A stretch of 64,000 bases of DNA. It comes from Salpingoeca rosetta (Eukaryota > Protista > Choanoflagellata). The position numbers were made by a program, and so were the translations under genes. The notes beneath the pieces are model-generated. The model saw only the letters and a program-made list of their open reading frames with translations, did no database searches and was not told where the DNA came from. The stretch covers positions 3,259,102 to 3,323,101 of the forward strand of contig JAWQFM010000001.1 in assembly GCA_033442325.1 (NCBI GenBank), given 5' to 3'. Each line of letters begins with the position of its first letter. The stretch's first letter is position 1. Positions 25,817 through 51,605 of the stretch are shown piece by piece.

Positions 25817-25939
25817 AATCACGTGACCCGCCGTTCGTTCAGTGGTGGCATTTGAGGATTTATGGCCAAGGAGGACTTGCAAGGCAAAACAAGGGGAAAA
25901 CAACCCACACAACACAACACAACAACACAACACACATGG

Positions 25940-31347
<5,408 letters not shown>

Positions 31348-31957
31348 GGGTGGTGGCTGGCTGGTGTTGGCTCGGTCTGCTGGGATGAGACGAGGAAAAG
31401 CAGCGAGCGGTTGGTTGTTGGAAGAAGTGGACAGAAATTCTTACGCGACAGCACAAAACCCCGTTGTATTGACGGTGGAAGACTTTCAAGGCACAACAAC
31501 TGTGGTCTGCTGACATGAAGACTCGCTCAGTGTCGCATCATCACTTCTGTTCGACATGTTTACCTTTTCAACCTCACACACCCACACACGCATGTACACG
31601 GGCACACACGCATGCACACCCACACACGCATGCACACGGGCACACATGCACACGGGCACACAGGCACACACATGCATGCGGCCAGCACTGCTATGTATTG
31701 TGTGGTGTTCCAGGGACGTGCGGGAAGGGAACACCGCGTCTGGGTCAAACTTGGCCTTGCGTTCTTCATGACGGGCGATGTAGAAGCAAGCAAGCTCGTC
31801 GTCATCATGATTGCGTTGGCAAGACCGTGTGTGTTTTGTTGTTCCATTCTGTTTCACACATGACGTATCCCATTGTTTCCTATCCAAACCAACACCATTG
31901 ACCTCAGCAGAACACGGCACACAAGTGCCAACAAGGTGCACAAAGCATGTTCTGCGC

Positions 31958-32023
31958 CTATACGCGCGGAGCACTCCTATCATTCGTCTTGGCCTTTCTC
32001 AGCGACTTGCCCTACGTGCGAGT

Positions 32024-32088
<65 letters not shown>

Positions 32089-32690
32089 TGTGGGTGATTG
32101 GCCGCAAGTGGTGCAGTTTTCAGCGCATGCAACAAACAAGACGTCATGGAAGCTCGCGGCGCACATGCAACAGTTAGGAGGCGGCGTACCTGACGAATGG
32201 ACGACAACAAGGCACCCCGACCTTCCGAACTCGCAGGACGCTGCTGCTTCTGTACTTGCTGTTGCTGTGGCCGCTGTTGTGGCTGTGGCTGTTGTGCTTG
32301 CTGTTGTTGTGGTTGTTGCTGTTGTGGTGGGCGGGATGGGGTGGCCTGCTGTGTTGACGCCGTGGACGCCGCTGGGGCACTACGCAGAAGCAGGATGGGC
32401 GAGGACATGTGCAGAGTGAATGGGTGCGAGCCGTAATCACAGTCAACATGGCATGGGGTATGACAGGCAGCGATGTGTTGTTGCATTGACTCACGCTTTG
32501 CGCGGTGTTGCTGTGACAGATGAGGTGGAGAAAGAGGTCTCCCTGCTCACGCGCCGCTTTCGTGGCCGCGGCCTGCACACACGAACAAGTACAGGGTGAT
32601 TAAATACACGAACCTGTGTGTGCGTGTATCTGTGTGTGTGTGTGTATCTGTGTGTGTGCGTGTATCTGTGTGTGTGTGTGTGTGCGTGTA

Positions 32691-32737
<47 letters not shown>

Positions 32738-33724
32738 ACGTGAACCCTTTTTTTTAGATTATTGAGGAATCCGGAAACATATAAAAAGATTAATAAAAAG
32801 ACTCGGAGGCGGGGCGCCCCGATATCTTATTATAATGTGCGTTTATAATTATCCATCCTTTTTTATCCCCTAATTTGATTGGGGGTGTGGGGGTGGAATG
32901 CAGTTTATTTTACACCTTCATTCATACTGTCGTATCGTACTTGTGATTTNNNNNNNNNNNNNNNNNNNNNNNNNNNNNNNNNNNNNNNNNNNNNNNNNNN
33001 NNNNNNNNNNNNNNNNNNNNNNNNNNNNNNNNNNNNNNNNNNNNNNNNNNNNNNNNNNNNNNNNNNNNNNNNNNNNNNNNNNNNNNNNNNNNNNNNNNNN
33101 NNNNNNNNNNNNNNNNNNNNNNNNNNNNNNNNNNNNNNNNNNNNNNNNNNNNNNNNNNNNNNNNNNNNNNNNNNNNNNNNNNNNNNNNNNNNNNNNNNNN
33201 NNNNNNNNNNNNNNNNNNNNNNNNNNNNNNNNNNNNNNNNNNNNNNNNNNNNNNNNNNNNNNNNNNNNNNNNNNNNNNNNNNNNNNNNNNNNNNNNNNNN
33301 NNNNNNNNNNNNNNNNNNNNNNNNNNNNNNNNNNNNNNNNNNNNNNNNNNNNNNNNNNNNNNNNNNNNNNNNNNNNNNNNNNNNNNNNNNNNNNNNNNNN
33401 NNNNNNNNNNNNNNNNNNNNNNNNNNNNNNNNNNNNNNNNNNNNNNNNNNNNNNNNNNNNNNNNNNNNNNNNNNNNNNNNNNNNNNNNNNNNNNNNNNNN
33501 NNNNNNNNNNNNNNNNNNNNNNNNNNNNNNNNNNNNNNNNNNNNNNNNNNNNNNNNNNNNNNNNNNNNNNNNNNNNNNNNNNNNNNNNNNNNNNNNNNNN
33601 NNNNNNNNNNNNNNNNNNNNNNNNNNNNNNNNNNNNNNNNNNNNNNNNNNNNNNNNNNNNNNNNNNNNNNNNNNNNNNNNNNNNNNNNNNNNNNNNNNNA
33701 AATGCGCGCGCGCGCACACACACA

Positions 33725-33795
<71 letters not shown>

Positions 33796-34627
33796 CACGG
33801 CACAGCAAGAAAGCAAAATGTGTGTTGTTGGTTCACGCACGTCCACGTGTGCTTTACCTCGAGGACTTGGCGACCAATGAGTGCAATTTGTTTGAGCGGC
33901 AGCGGTGGCCGCAAACGCGTGTATTTTCGGTCCCAAACCTGCAACGGGTTGCTCTGCACAGCGATGCACGACAACGTGAGGGCTGTAGCTGCATGCTTAT
34001 GCGTGCGTGCGTGGTGAGGTGTGTGTGCGTGCGTGCGTGCGTGTGTGTGTGTGCGTGCGTGCGTGCGTGTGTGTGTGTGTGCGTGTGCGTGCGTGTGTAT
34101 GTGTGTGTGTTGTCGTGTGGTCTTTTGGTTTGGTTCTGCTGCGCAGGAGCATTGCGATTGCAAAGTGCTGCCACAACTGACATGATGGATGACGTCTTTG
34201 AGCGACCCTTTCATGGCAAACGGCAGCACAACGACAGCCATGTCCTGCCAAAGGAAGACAGACAGAGAGAAGGGCATGTACGCACGAGAAGTGTGTGAGC
34301 CATAAAGTGATGTGCGTACTCTGCGGACACACACACTCTCTCTTTCTCGTTCACACACGCTCACACACATGCGTATACACTCCCCATTCACACACGCGTA
34401 TGCATTCGTGCCATGCCAAACCTGGCCTGAGATGAACCCAACGTGGTGGATCGGCAGCACATATGGGTGGTGCAGGATGTGGAACATTTCCCGCAGCGTC
34501 TGTCGTGCGTGTGTGTGTGTGTGTGTGCGTGTGTGTGTTAGTGAAACGATCGATCAGCAGTAAGCCTGCACACCTTGACGTCCTTCACTTGTTGTTGATG
34601 TGACATCCACGAACGCCATGCAGTCAA

Positions 34628-34714
<87 letters not shown>

Positions 34715-35842
34715 AACGAACCCGCTCTGTCGGGGCGTCAAAGGGAAAGCAGCAGCGGGTCGACCGTGGCAGCGTGTACAGCAGCTTGCGCTGACCGTGG
34801 TGTGTGACAGCAAACCACCCTTTGTTCACCTAACACCCAGACATAAGCGGCACCATCAAGGGACAACTTCAGTCACGTGGATGATGATGGGGCACATCAC
34901 GTGCATCGCATACAGTGGCATCGCACTTTGCACACACACACACATACACATGCACATGCACGTACGCACGCGCAGACACACACATGCATGTACGCAGACG
35001 CACACATACACGCACACGCACACACGCACGCACACACACACGCACCCTGCTGCCAATGGGGCCCAGAGGCGTTTCAAGCTCAAATTCGGGGTGGGAACGA
35101 AGGTAGTACTGGCAATTGAGCAGCTCAGCCTCTGCATACGCAAGATTCCAGCCAACAGCGGAGGATGTGGCATGAGTGCGCGTGGAAGCACGATCCAACT
35201 CATGTACCGAACAACGAGGGCAGGAGATATGGATTGGAAGATTCAAAACAAGTAGTCAAATCATCAAATCACACATGACAAGGGATTTTGATATGTTGTT
35301 GAGCAGGCGAGGATGCGTACGTGTTTCGTCTCTTGTCTTGCGCATGGTCTCTGTCATTAAGAACGTCTGCACAGATGTCGAGCCACTGGACTCCAGTGAC
35401 ACATACCCACGCCTTCGCCTGTCACATCGAGGTTGTGGGAACAATGGGGCGGATACCCGTGAGCACGCATGAGCACGCATGAGCAATCCATGTGCAATCC
35501 ATGTGCGTCCATGTACGTCCATGTGCATTTATGTGCATCCATGTGCATCTGTGGGCGACCTAAATCCGACATGGCCACAATTGCGGCAACGTGGCTTGTC
35601 AGCAACAACACATCCCCCCCCCCTCCTCCCTGCATCTCTCCATTGGCTACCCCTGCTCACCTTCGTCGGATGCAATACCAAACTAGGACGACGATGATCA
35701 GGACCACGCCAACCGCAATCAGGATGGTGGCCTGCATACCAAGCAAATGACAACCACACCCCATTATGCAAATGTGTGCATTCGTTTGGTGGGCTGGAAC
35801 GACAGCAGCCACCACATCAAGCCATTCGCTGCACTGTCCTCT

Positions 35843-35924
<82 letters not shown>

Positions 35925-36036
35925 ACACACACACATACACACACACATACACACACATACACACACACACACGCACACACACACTGACCCAGATGTTGTC
36001 CACGAAGAAGGCCTTGATGTCGTCCCCAGCCCCCAT
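31958..36036 (-). CDS. Slob/PXK-like pseudokinase with an N-terminal TM helix and a C-terminal WH2 motif; interrupted by an N-gap
   Basis: [16 protein letters not shown]|[24 protein letters not shown]|RRRGYVSL; [23 protein letters not shown]|VNKGWFAV; HHPYVLPI; KGSLKDVIH; [14 protein letters not shown] (PXK/Slob-like N-lobe). The WH2 is [11 protein letters not shown]|[17 protein letters not shown], with TAG at 31958-31960. Confidence 0.8.
32950..33699. other. Assembly gap (750 N)
   Basis: Run of N, preceded by an AT-rich, low-quality-looking read end at ~32740-32949. The kinase C-lobe exons of the PXK-like gene must lie in this gap. Confidence 0.99.
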
Positions 36037-36210
36037 CTTGATCTGCTGCTGCTGTGTCCTTCTCTGCTGCTCTGCTCCAAATCCGCTGAATTCGCTGACT
36101 CAGCACTTCCACCGCGACCAACCAGAAAACAACACACACACAAACAAAACAGCCAGAGCCACTCTGCAAGAAGCCACTGGCCACTGCAAGCAACCACCTG
36201 CCAGACGACG

Positions 36211-45865
<9,655 letters not shown>

Positions 45866-46350
45866 CCGTTTTCCGTTGTCCCTGACGCTGTGTTTGATTC
45901 GCGGAGTGCATTCGCTTCGTTGCTGTTCTTCCCCTTCGTCTGCGTTTCCCCCCACATTGCCATGCCAACGTGTTACGTGCGACTTTTGGTGAAGGTCACG
46001 TTCCCTTTCTGTTCCCTCTGCGTGTCCTGTCATGCCACACCACATGGCATAACATTCGTTCTGTTTTGCTGTGATTGCTCAAACCCCTGTCGTGGACTGG
46101 ACACGTGAACGGTCACCTTCAGCAAGAATAACAACAATGGCCACCAGTCGACGCACCACACGCCACAATCATTGCGGAGAGCGAGGCGTCGAAGCACCAG
46201 CGTGGCAAGGGGGGGAGGTGTAACATAACAACAAGTCACAGCAAGCTGGCGATTGTAGCTCAAAATGCGTCAACTGCAGCGAAGCAAACGGCTGCGAGCT
46301 GTACGTTTGGAGGAAGTAGCAAACTGTCAGCAGCACCAGCATGTGTCACG

Positions 46351-46928
46351 CTAATCAGCAGAGGTGAGAGTGGGCAGCAGGAGGTGGAAGACAGCGCCGG
46401 ACGGACGATACACATGACTCAGCGCCAAGTCGCCACCAAGCAGCTGCGCATATGTGCGCGAGAGGGGAAGCCCCACACCCTCGCCCTGATGACAAGAGGG
46501 AGTGGTTGGCGTGTTCATGCATGCACGTCGTGAGCATGTGTTGTTGCTACGGGTTTGTCACCGGATGTTGTTTGAATCAGGTGCAAACAACACACACACA
46601 CATACACACGCACGCACACACACGCACACACACACGCACACACACACATACACACACACATGTGAGATGTGCTCACCGCCAGCACGCCGCCAAAGTCGCC
46701 AGAGAAGGTGTACGAGGGGTTCTTGTTGGCTGCCTGCGACGTGAAGAACCAGTCGAAGATGGAGCGTTCGATGCGCAAAGGAACGCCGGAGCCTGGTGGT
46801 GATACGCAGGGGAAGAAGGAGACGCGTACGTGGGCAATACGAGTGGTTAAATTACCCGTCAACTGACGTCCGTCATACATACACGCACACACACACACAC
46901 ATATGCGCATATATACACACATATATTT

Positions 46929-46984
<56 letters not shown>

Positions 46985-48114
46985 CTACGAGCGCGAGAGT
47001 GCCTCACCCGAGTCGACGACGGCAATCTTTGCCAGCTGGTGGTTGAACCTGGACAGGCGAATCTCAATTGGGGGCGCCATGTCTGCGTCAATGCCATGCC
47101 TGGATATCGTAGCGGCTGTGACGCGGTAAAATCGCATTGTACAGCTGGTGTGAGATGGCGTGATCTTGCGAGTTGTCGTCGCCCTCACCAGCAAGTAACA
47201 AATATACACTCCGTGAAGTAAATGCACACGTACACATGTGTACACATGCATAGTGCACACACACAGAAAAGCAACGACACGCGCATCTTTGACAAAACTG
47301 TGACGGACCAGACACTTACTGAATGCGTTCTTGAGGAGCTCGCGCAACAACGTGTCGAGATACATGGGAATGGAGACAAGCGGAGAAGGGAGAGAGCGCA
47401 AGCTGTCGTCGATGTGAACATGAGGCGCCACGCCGTGCTTCTCCACAGCAAGCGAGGACACATCCATGATGACCACATCCAGGAGGTTGCGCAGGTTGCC
47501 AATGTCTTGTACGAGCAGCGCATCTGGCTGCCTCAGCATGTTCTCCTCATCGACCTTGTGGCCTTGCGTTCGAAGCATGTCGCCAAGCGCGTCATGGCAG
47601 AGGTCAGGGCGCGGTGCGGGCTGCAGCGGGTTCTCGGCAGGGTCTCGAACAAGGTCATCCAGTGAAGCAATGGCGTCAGGCGGCAGGTCCTGCGCTGCTT
47701 GCTGGCGTATTCTCTTGGCGGTGCCCTGTGAGTCAGCAATGTCGCTGCAGTCACCAAAGAGCGTGCTGTTGCTGAGCAGCCAGATGTGTTCCGTCAACAT
47801 ACGTGCTGCCAAGCACGCTGTCGCCATGCACCCAATATGTCGCTGTGTCATCATCGGAGCAGCTTGGCGCTCATCTTCCATGGCTTCCCCATGGATGAAA
47901 TCATTCCATACTGACACGGCCTGCTTGCGCGCCTGCAGCGGTTCTTCCCTGTAGTTGTGTGTGTGTGTGTGTGTGCAAGTGCGAGCGCATGTGAGTGAGA
48001 GAGAGAGTGTGTGTGTGTGTGTGCCTGGCATCATATGGTAGCGGAAACGACACAACTCCATGCCCACGCACACACACACACTCACACACACACACACAGA
48101 CACACGCACGCACG

Positions 48115-48154
<40 letters not shown>

Positions 48155-48337
48155 CGCGACATGAAGGCGCACGCACAGAATGTCGTCTGGAGCAGCCTCT
48201 GTCAGGAACTTGAGACGCGGCAGGTCGTTCCCCAACTTGACCACAACATTAGCCAAAGACCGCAGTGACACTTGCCCAGCTCTCGCTCCCCACAACAACC
48301 CAATCAACCCTCCACCGCCACTCGCCGTCGCTGCCAT
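46351..48337 (-). CDS. Mitochondrial alpha-ketoacid dehydrogenase kinase family (PDK/BCKDK-like, GHKL fold), divergent
   Basis: N-box YLDTLLRELLKNAF, G1 VVDSG|SGVP, SIFDWFFTS, G2 GVLA|GEGVGLPLSRTYAQLLGGDL. Stop TAG at 46351-46353. PDK versus BCKDK cannot be resolved by eye. Confidence 0.82.
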
Positions 48338-48490
48338 GATGCTGCTGATGATTGATGATGAGCCTCAAGGCGGGTGCGTGCCAGCACACAATCCAAAGCA
48401 AGCAACAAGTCAAGTCCTGCCACTGCAATGCCGAAACTTTAAAACGGTGTTCAATATTTTTCCCAACTTTGATCAGCCAGCCAGACGACA

Positions 48491-49103
48491 ATGAGCGAGC
48501 GAGCCGCTGTGATGCTGCGCCATGTTGAGGCGTCGAGGAAGCGGGTGGGCAAGGACAGCAACGAGGGTGCAAACAACAGCACCACCACCAGCAGTAGCAG
48601 CAACAACACAAGAAGAGATTCGGCACCATCAACTGCTGCGGTGGCAGCAGCAACAACACTCAGTGAATACAGGGAGGAGCTTCGCAAGCTTGAAAAGGAA
48701 CTCAGGACCTTCATTGACAAACGAAACTGCCACCCAATCATGCTGCGCTTGGCATGGCATGACGCAGGCACATACAACCGCCATGTCCCCTGCTTTCCAG
48801 ACTGCGGGGGCGCAAACGGCAGCATCCGGCTGTCCCCTGAGCTGAAGCACGCAGCCAACGCGGGCCTTGAAAAGGCGGTCCGCTTCCTTCAACCGTTTCA
48901 TACAAAGCACCCGATGGTGTCGTGGGCAGATCTCATTCAGCTGGCGGGTGCGCTCGCCGTGGAGCTCGCCGGCGGCCCGCGTATTCCAATGCGCTACGGC
49001 CGTATTGATGCCGATGTACCAGCAGAAGAAGGCAAACTGCCAGACGCCAACCCAGCTTCCCCTCTCGACCACGTTCGGAAGGTGTGTGCATGTGTTTGGG
49101 TGG

Positions 49104-49153
<50 letters not shown>

Positions 49154-50144
49154 TTATGGTGTGTGGTGCCGTGTGGTGTTTGCATGTGTGTGTGTGTGCG
49201 CGTGTGGCTTGCTTTGCCTGCTGATCGTGACTTCTGTGGTCAGATAAGCCAGCAAGCTGCTGTGTGTCTATGGCGACATGCAGGCCCAATTTTTCGTGTA
49301 ACTGTGCACCTGAGTTGTGGTCTTACTCTCACGACCCGCCCATCCGCTATCGACTCCATCACACCCACCGCACACGCAACAGGTGTTTGATCGACTGGGC
49401 ATGACGCCCAAGGAAACCGTTGCTCTCATCGGCGCTCACACAATTGGGCGTGCTTTCAAGGTGTGGGTACATCGTGTGCGTGTTGATGCTGCTCTCACCC
49501 TCGCGATTGCCTTTGTGGAAATAACGCGCGTGAGCCAAAGTGCACGATGAACTGACCACGCGCACGTGATGCCGCACTTCCTCTTACACGTGGCCAATGG
49601 TGGTCGGAGTTCCTTTCTGTTTTCATTCACGCACACGCACCCACACCCTCACATACACCCTCACATACATATGTTGTTTTCGTTTTCTCTGTCCATTCCG
49701 TACACCCTCACACACACACACATACACACACCATGACACAAACACACACACATGCACACATCATGACACAAACACGTACGCATGTGCACACAGGAGCGCA
49801 GCGGCGTCACAGAATATGGCTACGGCAACGACAAAGGCACACCACACACACGCTCAACACACGTTGCACGCGGAGATGGACACGCGGGTATTGGTATGCC
49901 TGGTGGTCAGTCGTGGACGAGCAACTGGCTCAGCTTTGACAACGCCTTTTTCCAACAAGCATACAAGTCAGACAAGGCACTGCTCTGGTTGCCAACCGAC
50001 AGTGCCGTCGCCAAGGAAGAATATGCCAGGCACTTTCGTCAGTTTGCCAGCGACAACCGCAGCTTTCTCGCTGCATATGCACCGGCCCACAAGAAGCTGT
50101 CAGAGTCTGGCTCCATGTTTGCATTCCACGTTGAGCTCGACTGA
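48491..50144 (+). CDS. APX: Ascorbate peroxidase (class I heme peroxidase), 339 aa
   Basis: Exons 48491-49081, 49383-49460 and 49794-50144. Distal site CHPIMLRLAWHDAGTY; GGANGSIR; proximal site GAHTIGRA; ascorbate-binding Arg in ERSG; GGQSWTSNWLSFDNAFF; LLWLPTD; AHKKLSE. Confidence 0.93.
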
Positions 50145-50153
50145 AGTGTCGTT

Positions 50154-51605
50154 GAAATGATGGACTGGTCATGGTGTTGGAAATATGTAAATTGATTGGA
50201 GGAAGGTCAAGCAAGCACAGCACTTGCCTCTCTCTCCCTTTGTCCCGCAACTGCCACTTATTCGCGTTTGCTGTGTCATGTGAGGGTTTTGTTAAACCAG
50301 TCACCATGCAACTGTCATGTCTCACTTCAACTACAACGGATGGCAACTGTATGGTTGATGGAATAACAAAAGCCTGAGCAGCACAGTCAACAAGCAACCA
50401 CAACACACGACTCAAACAACGCATGCAAACTCAGAAAAGCAGGAAGCCAGGAAGCGGCTTCAAGGGGTAGGACGTGAATGACAAGAAGCAAAGATCGGAC
50501 AGGAACAACGCTCAAAAGAGGTCACACAAGAACGCTACAGCCTGGGACGGCAGGCGTCAACCAGCATTATGCAAAAGGTGCACACACGCACACACACGCA
50601 ACACAGCACAGCACACCCTCACTCTCTCACACCCTCACTTTCACACACACACACACACACACTCCCTCACTTTCACTCACTCCCTCACTTTCACTCACAG
50701 CAACACAAAGCACAGCACGTACACACACAAGGACAGTACATGACCTCACACTAAATCATCGTCAAGGTCCTTGCATTCGTGATGATGGCAGCGAAGCGGG
50801 CAATTCACCGTTGCTGTGCCGCTGTCGTGACAAATACACGACCCCAGACCCCTGCAGTTCACAGACCCTTTTGAAACCCCAAAAATACAGTGGAAATGAT
50901 GGACTGGTCATGGTGTTGGAAATATGTAAATTGATTGGAGGAAGGTCAAGCAAGCACAGCACTTGCCTCTCTCTCCCTTTGTCCCGCAACTGCCACTTAT
51001 TCGCGTTTGCTGTGTCATGTGAGGGTTTTGTTAAACCAGTCACCATGCAACTGTCATGTCTCACTTCAACTACAACGGATGGCAACTGTATGGTTGATGG
51101 AATAACAAAAGCCTGAGCAGCACAGTCAACAAGCAACCACAACACACGACTCAAACAACGCATGCAAACTCAGAAAAGCAGGAAGCCAGGAAGCGGCTTC
51201 AAGGGGTAGGACGTGAATGACAAGAAGCAAAGATCGGACAGGAACAACGCTCAAAAGAGGTCACACAAGAACGCTACAGCCTGGGACGGCAGGCGTCAAC
51301 CAGCATTATGCAAAAGGTGCACACACGCACACACACGCAACACAGCACAGCACACCCTCACTCTCTCACACCCTCACTTTCACACACACACACACACACA
51401 CTCCCTCACTTTCACTCACTCCCTCACTTTCACTCACAGCAACACAAAGCACAGCACGTACACACACAAGGACAGTACATGACCTCACACTAAATCATCG
51501 TCAAGGTCCTTGCATTCGTGATGATGGCAGCGAAGCGGGCAATTCACCGTTGCTGTGCCGCTGTCGTGACAAATACACGACCCCAGACCCCTGCAGTTCA
51601 CAGAC
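50154..51605. repeat. Apparently identical tandem duplication (50154-50866 / 50893-51605, period 739 bp); probable assembly artefact
   Basis: The copies look identical by eye, including their microsatellites, with a 26-bp junction. It duplicates the last ~40 codons and the downstream region of the LRR gene. Confidence 0.85.

Noticed and set aside
32740-32949. Abrupt AT-rich segment suggesting foreign DNA
   Set aside because: It directly abuts the N-gap after a GT tract, which is typical of a low-quality read end. The ORFs crossing the gap are artefacts of the N run.
49549-49612. Possible hairpin in APX intron 2 (GAACT/AGTTC, GACCAC/GTGGTC, CACGTG/CACGTG)
   Set aside because: Short interrupted stems are plausible by chance in GC-rich sequence, with no other support.
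50154-51605. Direct repeats resembling LTRs
   Set aside because: The copies are only 26 bp apart, with no internal gag/pol or TG..CA ends, and they include the 3' end of the LRR gene.
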